From positions 517-64,516 of the forward strand of contig CAYXNV010000003.1 of the NCBI GenBank assembly GCA_964466835.1: a stretch of 64,000 nt of DNA, read 5' to 3'. The DNA comes from an uncultured Gammaproteobacteria bacterium. GTDB taxonomy: Bacteria > Patescibacteriota > Patescibacteriia > Patescibacteriales > UBA12465. Under the pieces are notes generated by a model that made no database searches, was not told where the DNA came from, and saw nothing but the letters and a program-made list of their open reading frames with translations. Below are positions 36,701 to 46,540 of the stretch, in pieces; within the stretch, counting starts at the first letter, position 1, and each line of letters begins with the position of its first letter. The position numbers and the translations under genes were made by a program.

Positions 36701-36784
36701 TGGGCGAGAGAGGACTCGAACCTCCACGAGATTGCTCTCCCAAGCCCCTCAAGCTTGTGCGTCTACCAATTTCGCCACCCGCCC
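36701..36784 (-). tRNA. tRNA-Leu (anticodon GAG), long variable arm
   Basis: The reverse complement reads GGGCGGGTGGCGAAATTGGTAGACGCACAAGCTTGAGGGGCTTGGGAGAGCAATCTCGTGGAGGTTCGAGTCCTCTCTCGCCCA. The anticodon loop is TTGAGGG. Confidence 0.9.
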
Positions 36785-36791
36785 AATGCTT

Positions 36792-37118
36792 TTACTTTAC
36801 AATTGTTTCTTTTAATTTCTTTCGGTATTTACCACGTAAAAAATAAAGTTTAGCTCGTCTAGTTCTAGCTTTTTTCTTAACTTCTATTTTATCAATAGTG
36901 GGCAGGTTAAGAGGAAAGATTTTCTCAACACCAATTCCGTCAGAAACCTTTCTGACAGTGATGGTTCCGCCAGTTTCTTTATTATGTTTTCTGGCAATAA
37001 TCAAGCCTTCAAAATATTGAATTCTCTCTTTTTCTTCACCTTTAGAGTTTAATTCTTTAATCTTCTGATAAACCCTGACTGTCATGCCTGTCTTTAAATC
37101 TGGTATTTTCTCATCCAT
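36792..37118 (-). CDS. rplS: 50S ribosomal protein L19
   Basis: 108-aa ORF with the L19 pattern GMTVRVYQKIKE...RIQYFEGLIIARK...TITVRK...GVEKIFPLN.P. Confidence 0.9.
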   Translation of the reverse strand: MDEKIPDLKTGMTVRVYQKIKELNSKGEEKERIQYFEGLIIARKHNKETGGTITVRKVSDGIGVEKIFPLNLPTIDKIEVKKKARTRRAKLYFLRGKYRKKLKETIVK

Positions 37119-37199
37119 ATAATTAATGAATTTTATAAACGAGATCGGTTAAATCTCGTCTCTGTAATTGCTTATTTAATTAATAAATCTTGTCTAATA

Positions 37200-37784
37200 T
37201 TATAATGAATTTTTCCTATTGTCAAGATTTTTCTTAATTTCACTATAAACAGCTTGCCAAACCTCTTCAAGGGCAAGATTAGTTGTATCTAGATAAAAAT
37301 CGTAGTTTTTAGGATCATAAACATCAATATTATAATACTTTTTATAGCGTATTTTATCACTTTTAACCCTATTTTCAGCACTTTCTAGCACATCAGTCTC
37401 TGTTTTTAGATTATCTCCTTCATTTCTGGTATTTTCTTGCTGAAGATGGCCAAAAATCCTCTTTGATCCTTCATTAATATCAACATCTAAGTAGATTTTA
37501 AAGGAATGAGGAATAAAATACCAAGAAGTTCGTCCTTCAATGATGAAATTATCCTCAGTTTCCCCTAATTTCCTTTGATATTCATCAACTTCTTGATCAG
37601 TGCTAATATCAGTTTCCCCCAATTCATTATACTCAGCCAAAGTTAAACCACGATCCTGAGCAGCCTGACGACGAATGCCACCCATATAATAGCGAGGCCA
37701 ATTTAATTCTTTAGCTAATCGCTTGCCAATTGTACTTTTGCCTGAGCCTGGAGCCCCAGAGATAGAGATAATCATAAATTTCAA
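37200..37784 (-). CDS. cytidylate kinase-like nucleoside-monophosphate kinase
   Basis: 194-aa ORF with P-loop ISISGAPGSGKSTIGKRLA and an overall resemblance to archaeal-type (d)CMP kinases. Confidence 0.6.
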   Translation of the reverse strand: MKFMIISISGAPGSGKSTIGKRLAKELNWPRYYMGGIRRQAAQDRGLTLAEYNELGETDISTDQEVDEYQRKLGETEDNFIIEGRTSWYFIPHSFKIYLDVDINEGSKRIFGHLQQENTRNEGDNLKTETDVLESAENRVKSDKIRYKKYYNIDVYDPKNYDFYLDTTNLALEEVWQAVYSEIKKNLDNRKNSL

Positions 37785-37845
37785 TTTGTGTTTTTGATAA
37801 TAAAAGTTTATTATATTATTATAAAAGAATCAACTAGCTAGTAAT

Positions 37846-40560
37846 ATGTATCTCGATAAATTAGAAGTACAAGGATTTAAATCTTTCGCCAACAAAAATA
37901 AGTTGGTTTTTTCTGGACTTATCAACGGTGGAAAAAGAGGACTAACCGCTATTGTTGGCCCCAACGGTTCTGGAAAATCCAATGTGGCCGATGCTATTCG
38001 TTGGGGTTTAGGAGAGCAAAGTATAAAAACTCTTCGGGGCAAAAAAGGTGAAGATGTAATTTTTTCTGGATCAGACAAAAAGAGTAAACTGGGTATGGCC
38101 GAGGTATCTTTGATTTTAAATAATAACGGTAAAGTAAAAAATAAAAGTGATTTTCCAGAAGCAATTGAAAAAGAAAGCGATCTTGATCAAGTTATTTCCA
38201 ATTGTCCAGAAATAACAATTACTCGTCGACTATTTCGTAATGGTGATAGTGAATATCTTCTAAACGGTAATCGAGTTCGTCTTAATGACATTCAATTGCT
38301 TTTGGCTAAAGCTAATTTCGGTCAAAAAACTTACAGTGTTATTGGTCAGGGAATGGTAGAAAACTTTCTCAATACTAGTGCGGCTGAACGAAAAGATTTT
38401 TTTGATGAAGCAACTGGAGTAAAACAGTTTCAAATTAAACGTGACTCTGCTTTAAATAAGTTAGAAAGTAGTTATGAAAATCTCCAACAAGTAGAAATGC
38501 TATTATCAGAAATTAGCCCTCGTCTCAGAAGCTTAACCCGTCAAGTTAACAAATTAAATAGGCGCAGTGAGATTGAAACTGAATTAAAAACCAATCAATT
38601 AGACTATTACCACAACATCTGGAAGGATATCAGCGATAAACTTGATGATTTCAATGCTCGTTATTTAGAACGAGAAAAAATTAAAATTGAAAAAGAGAAA
38701 AAACTAAAAAAACTAAATGAAGATTTAAATAAACTTAAAACAACTGATAACTATCAAGAAATTAATGAGCTAAAACCACGCCTACAAGAATTATATAATT
38801 CAAAAAATCAATTATTAAAACAATCAGCTAAAATCCAAGCTGAATTAGAAATAAATCTAGAATCTCAAGGTCAATTTGATCTATCCTGGCTTAACAGTAA
38901 ACAAGCTGATTTAATGGCTGAATTAGAAAAAACTGATAAAGAGCTAAATACCCTTAAAACTAGCCTAAATAACGATGATGAGGATAAACTAAAGACTGAA
39001 TTAGTTGATATTAATAAAAGAATACAAACTACCAGTGAAAAACTAAAAATGATTAACCAGGATGATTCAAGTCCTCAATACCAAAAACAAAGCCAAGAAG
39101 AAATCAAAAATATCATAAATGAATTTTTATCTCATTTAGATAACATTGAAACTGAAACTGATCTGGACAAAATCAAAAATCTACTCCAGGAAGTTAAATC
39201 AAACTTCAAAAATAAGATTAAAAACTTCTTAAGCGCTGAAGATTCAAAAAAATTAGAAGAGGTTAGAGAAACTCAAGCGGAAATAATTAATCTTAATGAA
39301 AAAAAACAAGAAATAATTGAACGCCTCAACAATCATCAGTTAAAATTTTCTGGGCAGAAAGAAAAATTAAAATTATTAACTGAAAAAAAGAACGATTTAG
39401 AAAATGATTTGGAAGAGATAAAAAATAAATTATTTAAAGAGTCAGGATCCCAGGAGACAAAAACTGTTAGAGAAGAAAAAATTAAACTTGATGATAAAAC
39501 CAAGGAGTTGAATCAAAAAATAAATGAATTAGAAAATAAATTAGAAAAATTAAATCAAGCCAAGGAGGAGGAAAAGAATTTAATCTTTGATTATCAAAAG
39601 AATCTTCAAGATTTACAAAATGAAATTAACATTCTCAACACTGAATTAAACGAATTAAAAATTAATGCTACTCGCCAAGAAACTAAATTAGAAGATCTAG
39701 AAATTAATATTAGAAATGATGAACTTAGCCTAACTGAAATTAAGGATCATGTTATGCAGGCGAAAGAATTTGATCCAGAAAAAATTCAAAATAAAATTAT
39801 TAGTTTAAAAAATCAATTAGAACTTATTGGCGGTATTGATCCGGAAACAGAAAAAGAATATAAAGAAACTAAAGAACGTTTTGATTTTTTAAATGGGCAA
39901 ACAACTGATTTAAATAAAACTATAAAATCATTAGACCAAATTATTCAAGAATTAGACGCGACTATCAAGACTCGCTTTGATAAAGAATTTAAGGTCATTT
40001 CTGAAAAGTTTAACGATTACTTTAAAATTCTCTTTAACGGTGGTGATGCTAAGATAGCTCGCATCATGATTGAAGATTTGGAAAAAAATAATGGAGATCA
40101 AAAAAATAATGATGAAATAGCCCTAAACCCTGAAGAAGAGAAGAAAAAAGAAACTAATGAGCAATTGAAAAAAATAAAATATTTAAAAAAATATAATGCG
40201 GTTGGTTTAGCAGGAATTGATATTCAAGCTATTCCTCCAGGGAAAAAGATTAAATCAGTTGCTATGCTTTCAGGTGGAGAAAGAGCCTTAACTGCTATTG
40301 CTTTAATTTGCGCTATTATTAGCGCAAATCCCTCACCATTTGTTGTTCTAGACGAAGTCGATGCTGCTCTAGATGAAGCTAATTCTGAACGTTTTGCCAA
40401 GATTCTTGATGATCTATCTCATAAAACTCAATTCATCATTGTCACCCATAACCGAGCTTCGATGCGTCGAGCTAGTATATTATATGGGGTAACAATGGAA
40501 TCTGATGGTGTTAGTCGTTTACTAAGTGTTAAGCTGGATGAAATTAAAGAAAAGGACTAA
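37846..40560 (+). CDS. smc: SMC-family chromosome segregation ATPase, short form with no recognisable hinge
   Basis: 904-aa ORF. The N-terminal head (LEVQGFKSF...IVGPNGSGKSNVADAIRWGLGEQS) and C-terminal head (LSGGERALTAIAL...VLDEVDAALDEAN...IIVTHN) are canonical. The interior is continuous K/E/N-rich coiled coil. Confidence 0.85.
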   Translation: MYLDKLEVQGFKSFANKNKLVFSGLINGGKRGLTAIVGPNGSGKSNVADAIRWGLGEQSIKTLRGKKGEDVIFSGSDKKSKLGMAEVSLILNNNGKVKNKSDFPEAIEKESDLDQVISNCPEITITRRLFRNGDSEYLLNGNRVRLNDIQLLLAKANFGQKTYSVIGQGMVENFLNTSAAERKDFFDEATGVKQFQIKRDSALNKLESSYENLQQVEMLLSEISPRLRSLTRQVNKLNRRSEIETELKTNQLDYYHNIWKDISDKLDDFNARYLEREKIKIEKEKKLKKLNEDLNKLKTTDNYQEINELKPRLQELYNSKNQLLKQSAKIQAELEINLESQGQFDLSWLNSKQADLMAELEKTDKELNTLKTSLNNDDEDKLKTELVDINKRIQTTSEKLKMINQDDSSPQYQKQSQEEIKNIINEFLSHLDNIETETDLDKIKNLLQEVKSNFKNKIKNFLSAEDSKKLEEVRETQAEIINLNEKKQEIIERLNNHQLKFSGQKEKLKLLTEKKNDLENDLEEIKNKLFKESGSQETKTVREEKIKLDDKTKELNQKINELENKLEKLNQAKEEEKNLIFDYQKNLQDLQNEINILNTELNELKINATRQETKLEDLEINIRNDELSLTEIKDHVMQAKEFDPEKIQNKIISLKNQLELIGGIDPETEKEYKETKERFDFLNGQTTDLNKTIKSLDQIIQELDATIKTRFDKEFKVISEKFNDYFKILFNGGDAKIARIMIEDLEKNNGDQKNNDEIALNPEEEKKKETNEQLKKIKYLKKYNAVGLAGIDIQAIPPGKKIKSVAMLSGGERALTAIALICAIISANPSPFVVLDEVDAALDEANSERFAKILDDLSHKTQFIIVTHNRASMRRASILYGVTMESDGVSRLLSVKLDEIKEKD

Positions 40561-40678
40561 ATTTTAATTTATAATAAACTATTTTAAAACCGCTTTTTAG
40601 CGGTTTTTATATAAACTTCACATATTGGAATAATCGAGCTGTTTTTGATATAATAAAAAGGTACTAAAAATAAATAAT

Positions 40679-42058
40679 ATGTATAAAAAAATAACGATTT
40701 TATCTTTATTAACTGTTTTTGTTTTAACTTCTGGTTTTGGCTGTAAAATAGCTAGTAAAAAAACCAAAGAAGCAATGCAACCAATTACTCTCACCTATTG
40801 GCGAGTCTTTGATGGCCCTGACGCTTTTGCAGAAATCATTGAACAATACAAAGCCCTACACCCTTTCATCACTATTGAATATCGTAAGCTCCGCTACAGT
40901 GAATATGAGCAAGAATTAGTAAATGCTTTAGCTGAAGATCGGGGGCCAGATATATTCTCTATCCATAATACCTGGATAAGAAAATATCAATCTAAAATAG
41001 TTCCTATGCCTGAAGAAATTACCATGGTTTTCCCTGTAGCCAAGGGAACAATAAAAAAAGAGATTGTTCCCGAACTAAGAACTGTGCGTAGTCTGTCTTT
41101 AAAAAGCCTAAAAGACAATTTTGTTGACACTGTTAGCCATGATGTTGTAATTGATAATCAAATTTATGGACTACCACTGTCAGTTGATACTTTAGCAATG
41201 TATTATAATAAAGATCTTTTTAATAACGCTGGCATTAGTCAGGCTCCAAGGTATTGGAATAAAGAATTTTTACAAAATATTAAACAACTTACCAAACAAG
41301 ATCCTCGTAAAGGCATGGTGCAAGCTGGAGTTGCCTTAGGTGGTAGTTCAAATATTGAAAGATTTAGTGATATTCTATCTGTTTTAATGATGCAAAACGG
41401 TGCCACTATGATGAGCAGTGATCAACAAGTATTATTCAACACTGTTCCGCCTTTCGCTCAGGATACTAACTATAATCCTGGTTTAGATGCCCTCCGCTTT
41501 TATACTGATTTCTCTAATCCAATCAAGGAATCATATTCTTGGAACAATGAACTATCAAATTCATTAGAAATGTTTATCAGTGGTAATTTGGCAATAATGT
41601 TTGGCTATTCATATCACCTACCAATAATTAAAGCTCAAGCACCTAAATTAAATTTTTCCATTGCTAAACTACCACAAATTGAGGGTAATCCTCCAACCAA
41701 TATTAATTTTGCTAATTATTGGGTAGAAGTAGTTTCAAAAAAGAGTGAACATGTTAATGAGGCTTGGGACTTTATTCAATTTATGACTAAGGCTGAACAA
41801 GTTCAAAGTTATTTAAATAAAACTAAATTACCAACTGCCCTAAGAGTCTTAATTAACAGCCAAAAACAGGAAAACGAAGAAGTTGATGTTTTTATTGATC
41901 AAGTCCTAACAGCTAAAAGTTGGTATTTAGGTAAAAATCCAAAAGCAGCTGAAGATGCTATTAAAGAGATGATTGATAGAGTTAATCAAAATGCGGGCGA
42001 AGAACTACAAGAAATAATTAATACTGGAGCGGCCAAGGTACAACAAACAATCAACTAA
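40679..42058 (+). CDS. ABC-transporter extracellular solute-binding lipoprotein (sugar-type), no cognate permease or ATPase adjacent
   Basis: 459-aa ORF with a lipobox (LTSGFGC) and a family-1 SBP-like pattern (TLTYWRVFDG...). Confidence 0.7.
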   Translation: MYKKITILSLLTVFVLTSGFGCKIASKKTKEAMQPITLTYWRVFDGPDAFAEIIEQYKALHPFITIEYRKLRYSEYEQELVNALAEDRGPDIFSIHNTWIRKYQSKIVPMPEEITMVFPVAKGTIKKEIVPELRTVRSLSLKSLKDNFVDTVSHDVVIDNQIYGLPLSVDTLAMYYNKDLFNNAGISQAPRYWNKEFLQNIKQLTKQDPRKGMVQAGVALGGSSNIERFSDILSVLMMQNGATMMSSDQQVLFNTVPPFAQDTNYNPGLDALRFYTDFSNPIKESYSWNNELSNSLEMFISGNLAIMFGYSYHLPIIKAQAPKLNFSIAKLPQIEGNPPTNINFANYWVEVVSKKSEHVNEAWDFIQFMTKAEQVQSYLNKTKLPTALRVLINSQKQENEEVDVFIDQVLTAKSWYLGKNPKAAEDAIKEMIDRVNQNAGEELQEIINTGAAKVQQTIN

Positions 42059-42068
42059 ATAAAATTAT

Positions 42069-42536
42069 ATGAAAAAAAGAATTGTCTTTTTAATACTGCT
42101 ATCAACTCTATTATTACTTAGTTACAATATTGTTCAAGCCCAAGGAATATTACCCGAAGCACATGGTGATGAATGTATAATCAATGGAGTCCCAGTAGCA
42201 GATAAATCTGAATGTGGAAATTATTCATTAGATGACATAATGCGACTAGCAGTTAACGCCTCTGGCTTGATTTTGGGTTTAGTTGGATCCTTGGCTTTAG
42301 TGATGTTTATCTATGGTGGTATTTTAATGATGACTTCAGGCGGAACAACTACCTCAAGCGATGGGAAGAGTAAAATAAATCAAGGCAAAAAAGTAATTAT
42401 GGCCGCTATTATTGGTTTAATAATTGTTTTCTGTAGTTATTTGATTATAAACTTTGTTTTAGGATCTCTAGGAATAGAATGGAAAGGAGAAATTGAAAAA
42501 ATGACATACAATAGCAGTCAAGAAATTAAAGTCTAA
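42069..42536 (+). CDS. VirB2/TrbC-like pilin-family membrane protein (solitary paralog)
   Basis: 155-aa ORF with the same architecture as the 46662-49155 array: a signal peptide ending VQAQ, a TM segment, the loop GGILMMTSGGTTTSSDGKSKINQGKK, then a second TM segment. Confidence 0.6.
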   Translation: MKKRIVFLILLSTLLLLSYNIVQAQGILPEAHGDECIINGVPVADKSECGNYSLDDIMRLAVNASGLILGLVGSLALVMFIYGGILMMTSGGTTTSSDGKSKINQGKKVIMAAIIGLIIVFCSYLIINFVLGSLGIEWKGEIEKMTYNSSQEIKV

Positions 42537-42541
42537 CAAAA

Positions 42542-43210
42542 ATGACTGGCTTTATTCCAAGAAAACTGAATCCGGAAGAAAGTTTGGGCGAAAAATTACG
42601 TCAAGCTAGAAATTTTAAAAATTTAAAAATTGAAGAGATTGCTAAAAAGTTAGGTATTCGTCCTAATTACCTATTAGCCCTAGAAGAAGAAAATTTTGAG
42701 GGACTACCAACTGGTTTATACGGTCGTAATTATTTAAAAAAATATGCTGAATATCTGAAGCTAGATTCTAAAGAAATTTTAGAAATTTGGGATAAGATTA
42801 TGAATACTGATGATTTGACTGACCCCTTTTCTCAAAAGATTGTTAAGAGAAGTAAGTTTATTGTTTTCCCTAAAATTGTTAGAAATATTTTAATCACCAT
42901 CGCAATTTTAATCTGTTTTCTATATTTAATCTTTTATTTCAAAAAAATTGCTTTTCCTCCATCCCTAAAAGTGACTCAACCAGAAAAAAATCTATTAATT
43001 GAAGAAAATTTTATTACTATAATTGGTCAAACCGAGAAGGAAGCTGAGGTAAAGATAAATGGTGAAGTAGTATTAAATAATCATGATGGCATTTTTTCCC
43101 AAACTGTAAATCTAAAAGAGGGATTAAATAACATTGTAATTAAAGCAAAGAAGAAATATAGCCGAGAAAAAATTATAACCAGACAGATTCTAGTAGAACA
43201 AAATAAATAA
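42542..43210 (+). CDS. RodZ-like helix-turn-helix membrane protein
   Basis: 222-aa ORF with an N-terminal HTH (LGEKLRQARNFKNLKIEEIAKKLGIRPNYLLALEEENF), one TM segment and a C-terminal beta-rich domain. Confidence 0.6.
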   Translation: MTGFIPRKLNPEESLGEKLRQARNFKNLKIEEIAKKLGIRPNYLLALEEENFEGLPTGLYGRNYLKKYAEYLKLDSKEILEIWDKIMNTDDLTDPFSQKIVKRSKFIVFPKIVRNILITIAILICFLYLIFYFKKIAFPPSLKVTQPEKNLLIEENFITIIGQTEKEAEVKINGEVVLNNHDGIFSQTVNLKEGLNNIVIKAKKKYSREKIITRQILVEQNK

Positions 43211-43216
43211 AAATAT

Positions 43217-43768
43217 ATGTCAGACATGAGAAGAAGCGCCCTATTTAATCTAGATTTTATCTTGCGCAAACTAACTCTTGAGGAGAAGCAAGTGGTGGCT
43301 GAGTTGGGTTGTGGAAACTTTGGTTTTTTTGTTTGGCCATTAGCTAGACAGGTTGGTCGTAACGGCGTGGTTTACGCAGTTGACATTTTGAAATCAGCCC
43401 TAGAAGAAATAAAAACTCAAGCAAATAAAGATAATCTACCACAAGTAAAAACCATTTGGAGTAATCTAGAAATTTTTAAGGCAACTAATATTGAAACTAG
43501 TAGCGTAGATGCTGCTCTATTAGTAAATGTCCTTCATCAATCTAAAGAAAGAACTGCTATTATCAGAGAAGCAGTTCGATTATTAAAAAGGGGTGGACAA
43601 TTATTAATTATTGAATGGAAAAATGAGGATCTACCATTTGGCCCAGCCCTAGAAAATAGGGTAAAAATCGAACCCCTAAAAGCAGCCCTACCTCGATTAG
43701 GATTAGACATTAAAGAAGAATTTGAAGCCGGGCCATATCACTATGGATTAATACTAACTAAACTCTAA
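43217..43768 (+). CDS. class I SAM-dependent methyltransferase
   Basis: 183-aa ORF with motif I (VAELGCGNFGF) and a later LKRGGQLLIIEW. Confidence 0.7.
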   Translation: MSDMRRSALFNLDFILRKLTLEEKQVVAELGCGNFGFFVWPLARQVGRNGVVYAVDILKSALEEIKTQANKDNLPQVKTIWSNLEIFKATNIETSSVDAALLVNVLHQSKERTAIIREAVRLLKRGGQLLIIEWKNEDLPFGPALENRVKIEPLKAALPRLGLDIKEEFEAGPYHYGLILTKL

Positions 43769-43772
43769 AAAT

Positions 43773-44156
43773 ATGGAAAATCTATTAACACTCAATTATT
43801 GGTTTACTTTAAGACCAGAATCATTAATTCCTGTAGCCATGAAGTTATTTGCTGGCTTTATTATCCTATTGATCGCCATGATAATTATCACCTCAATTGC
43901 TAAAAAGAAGGGTAAATTATACCGTCGTTTCTGGCAAAAATTAAATAACTTTGCTTTAACAAATTTTATTCTCGGCTTAGTCTTCATATTTTTCAATTAT
44001 GAATCTATAGCTTTCTTTTCTGCTCGTTTTTGGTTAGGGTTATGGGTGATAGGAATGATTATTTGGCTAGTCTTCATATTTATAAATTTAAAAACAATCC
44101 CCAAGAGAAAAAAAGTATTAGATAAAGAGCAGGAATTTAATAAATATCTTCCCTAG
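43773..44156 (+). CDS. membrane protein, unknown function
   Basis: 127-aa ORF with three TM helices. It is followed by the terminator AACCCCCTC-tcatg-GAGGGGGTT. Confidence 0.45.
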   Translation: MENLLTLNYWFTLRPESLIPVAMKLFAGFIILLIAMIIITSIAKKKGKLYRRFWQKLNNFALTNFILGLVFIFFNYESIAFFSARFWLGLWVIGMIIWLVFIFINLKTIPKRKKVLDKEQEFNKYLP

Positions 44157-44208
44157 AATAATAATGATAAAATAAAACCCCCTCTCATGGAGGGGGTTTT
44201 TGTTAACC

Positions 44209-44931
44209 TTATTTTTTTATTTTCTTTAATCTATTTTTCAAAATAAATAAATTCTTTATAAACACCCAGCAATCCTTAAACACTTTAACCTTGCTCTGCC
44301 TTTCATCATAGCGATTTTCTTGCCAATCAACTGGAATCTCCTTGACTCGATAACCTAAGTATTTAGTAATAACTACTAACTCAGTATCAAAAAACCACTG
44401 GTCATCACATAGAAATTGGTTAGCTTTATTAAAAACAGAATGTTTAATTGCTTTAAAACCACATTGCAAATCAGACAGGGAGTGTCCTAGAATCAAACGA
44501 GATAAAAAATTATAGGCTTGAGAGCTAAATTCTCGGAAGCCAGAACGAACTGTTTTAGACTCTGATAACAAACGAGAGCCAATTACTAAATCACTCTGAT
44601 TATCTAACAACGGTTGAATAAGATCAATGATATTCTCTAGAGAAACTGCTAGATCAACATCCATAAAAACTAAAACATCAGCTGAGCTCTCTTGGAAACC
44701 TGTTTTAAGAGCTAAGCCTTTCCCAGCCGCCTCTATTGCTTTAAATTTAACTCTTTCGTCTTCTAATTCTTTAGCGATCTTAACAGAAGCATCATTGGAG
44801 CCGTTGATGATGATAATAATTTTCCAAGTTATTGGCCAAGATTGAGATTCTAAAAAACTTTTTAGCCTAGCAACATTAGTGGCTAATATTTTTTCTTCAT
44901 TTCTAACTGGTAGACAAAAATCAACTTGCAT
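44209..44931 (-). CDS. family-2 glycosyltransferase (polyprenol-phosphate sugar synthase-like)
   Basis: 240-aa ORF with a GT-A N-terminus (VDFCLPVRNEE), DxD-type motifs (NGSNDAS and FMDVDL), and similarity in pattern to DPM1/GtrB-type enzymes. Confidence 0.75.
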   Translation of the reverse strand: MQVDFCLPVRNEEKILATNVARLKSFLESQSWPITWKIIIIINGSNDASVKIAKELEDERVKFKAIEAAGKGLALKTGFQESSADVLVFMDVDLAVSLENIIDLIQPLLDNQSDLVIGSRLLSESKTVRSGFREFSSQAYNFLSRLILGHSLSDLQCGFKAIKHSVFNKANQFLCDDQWFFDTELVVITKYLGYRVKEIPVDWQENRYDERQSKVKVFKDCWVFIKNLFILKNRLKKIKK

Positions 44932-44935
44932 AAAA

Positions 44936-46540
44936 TTAATTATTGTTTAGATATATAATTGCTGTTGAATCTTCATAAACTGCTTGCCAATCATTTGACC
45001 TCATCAAATAATCTCTTAAATAATTATTTACTTCTAACTCCTCATCTTTAATTCTAAATATTATCTTTTCCCATTTTTTAACCCCTATTTCTTTATCTTC
45101 AGCTCTCATCAATATTAATTTTACATCATATTCATTGAATTTATTTAAATAATCAACATCTTTTTTATAAAATGATATATATTCTTCCAGAAAAGTATGC
45201 CCAGCAAATTCAATTTGAGGTAAGCGGCCATCAATGAATATTTTTCTTTCTGGATAGACCCAAATCATGAAGTCGCCCCAATTATATTCATTAAAAATAT
45301 TTAAAGGATCATATTGAGGAGTGGTTTGCAGAAATTCAATTGCACCACAAGGATAATCTTGGCAAAAATCAGTAAACGGTTGATTTATAAAATTAATATT
45401 AATTAATTGACTAGCAACCGCCATTAAAAGACAGATGGCAATAAAGAGTTTATACTTAAAATCAAAAAAGGAGCCTAATTTTTTCTTTAGATTAAAGAAG
45501 TGAACAATATTTTCAACTAAAAATGGGAAGGAAACAATAAAGAAAAGGGGGAAATGACGACGAGACTGAAAACTAAGAGCAAAAAACAAGACTATTAAAG
45601 AAATTGTCCACAAATTTAATTTAGTCTTGCGATTATGAAAAAGATTAAAGCCGTAAAAAGATAAAAATACAACTGCCATTGCCAAATAAGCTAATTGCCA
45701 ATAGTTAAAGGGGAAATGAAATTGTGATAACCACTCCTGGATATGAGATAAATAGAAAGTATTGCCATACCCTCCCAAGAAAGAATAAAGCTTAAAATAA
45801 TATGGGGTAAAAAAGGTGGCAACAACTGATAATAAAGTAAAGCTGGAAAAAATAGCAATTTCTCTGTAACTTAACATCTCAGATAAACTTATCCAAAATA
45901 ATCTTAATCTACTCAAAACTATTTTTTCAAATAATTTAATTAAAATAAAAGCTAATAATAAAAAGAGTCCTAATAAAAATCCGCCATGTAAATTAACCCA
46001 TAAATAAAAAAGTGGTGGCAAAGCAATTAGCCAATTAAATTTTTTAGTCTTATTGTAGTAATAGATAATTATTAACAATAAAACTAAAAATAAAAGATTA
46101 AGCTCTTGAACTCTGACCCCAAAATGAGGTAACGAAGCTATTAGCCCAAAAAGTTGCAAAAAAGCAATTAAAATCCCTGGGGCTCGAGGTAATAATTGTT
46201 TAGTAAAAATAGTTAAGATAATCAGAATTAGCACTACTAATCCAGAAAAAATTACATTTAACCCTAAATAACCCCAGGAATCATAGATATCATAAACTGC
46301 CCAATTAGTTAGCCATTCATGATCAACCCAATTACCAGTAAAGGTATAATTATAGTGATTAATCTGGGGCACAGTTTGATTTAAAGAAATCTCTTGACCT
46401 ACTTTCAGATGCCATCCCAAATCTGGATCTAAATAGCTATAAGAGTGCTGAAGAAGCAAGCCAAAGACAAAAAGGTAAAAGAAAACCCAGAAAATTGAAA
46501 TAAATTTAATTTTTTTCAAAAATTTAAACATAAATATCAA
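44936..46540 (-). CDS. large polytopic membrane protein, GT-C-like glycosyltransferase candidate
   Basis: 534-aa ORF with at least 11 TM segments. An acidic first-loop motif (YLDPDLGWHLKVG) is reminiscent of the GT-C DxD loop. The C-terminal domain is soluble. It starts 4 nt from the GT2 gene. Confidence 0.4.
   Translation of the reverse strand: MIFMFKFLKKIKFISIFWVFFYLFVFGLLLQHSYSYLDPDLGWHLKVGQEISLNQTVPQINHYNYTFTGNWVDHEWLTNWAVYDIYDSWGYLGLNVIFSGLVVLILIILTIFTKQLLPRAPGILIAFLQLFGLIASLPHFGVRVQELNLLFLVLLLIIIYYYNKTKKFNWLIALPPLFYLWVNLHGGFLLGLFLLLAFILIKLFEKIVLSRLRLFWISLSEMLSYREIAIFSSFTLLSVVATFFTPYYFKLYSFLGGYGNTFYLSHIQEWLSQFHFPFNYWQLAYLAMAVVFLSFYGFNLFHNRKTKLNLWTISLIVLFFALSFQSRRHFPLFFIVSFPFLVENIVHFFNLKKKLGSFFDFKYKLFIAICLLMAVASQLININFINQPFTDFCQDYPCGAIEFLQTTPQYDPLNIFNEYNWGDFMIWVYPERKIFIDGRLPQIEFAGHTFLEEYISFYKKDVDYLNKFNEYDVKLILMRAEDKEIGVKKWEKIIFRIKDEELEVNNYLRDYLMRSNDWQAVYEDSTAIIYLNNN

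Noticed and set aside
38600-39700. Highly repetitive-looking AAA/GAA/AAT-rich DNA in the smc coiled coil, and similarly in the rpsF tail at 21800-21960, checked as possible tandem repeats or a CRISPR-like array.
   Set aside because: There is no unit with constant length or spacer structure. The periodicity is codon-level Lys/Glu/Asn bias within an intact ORF.
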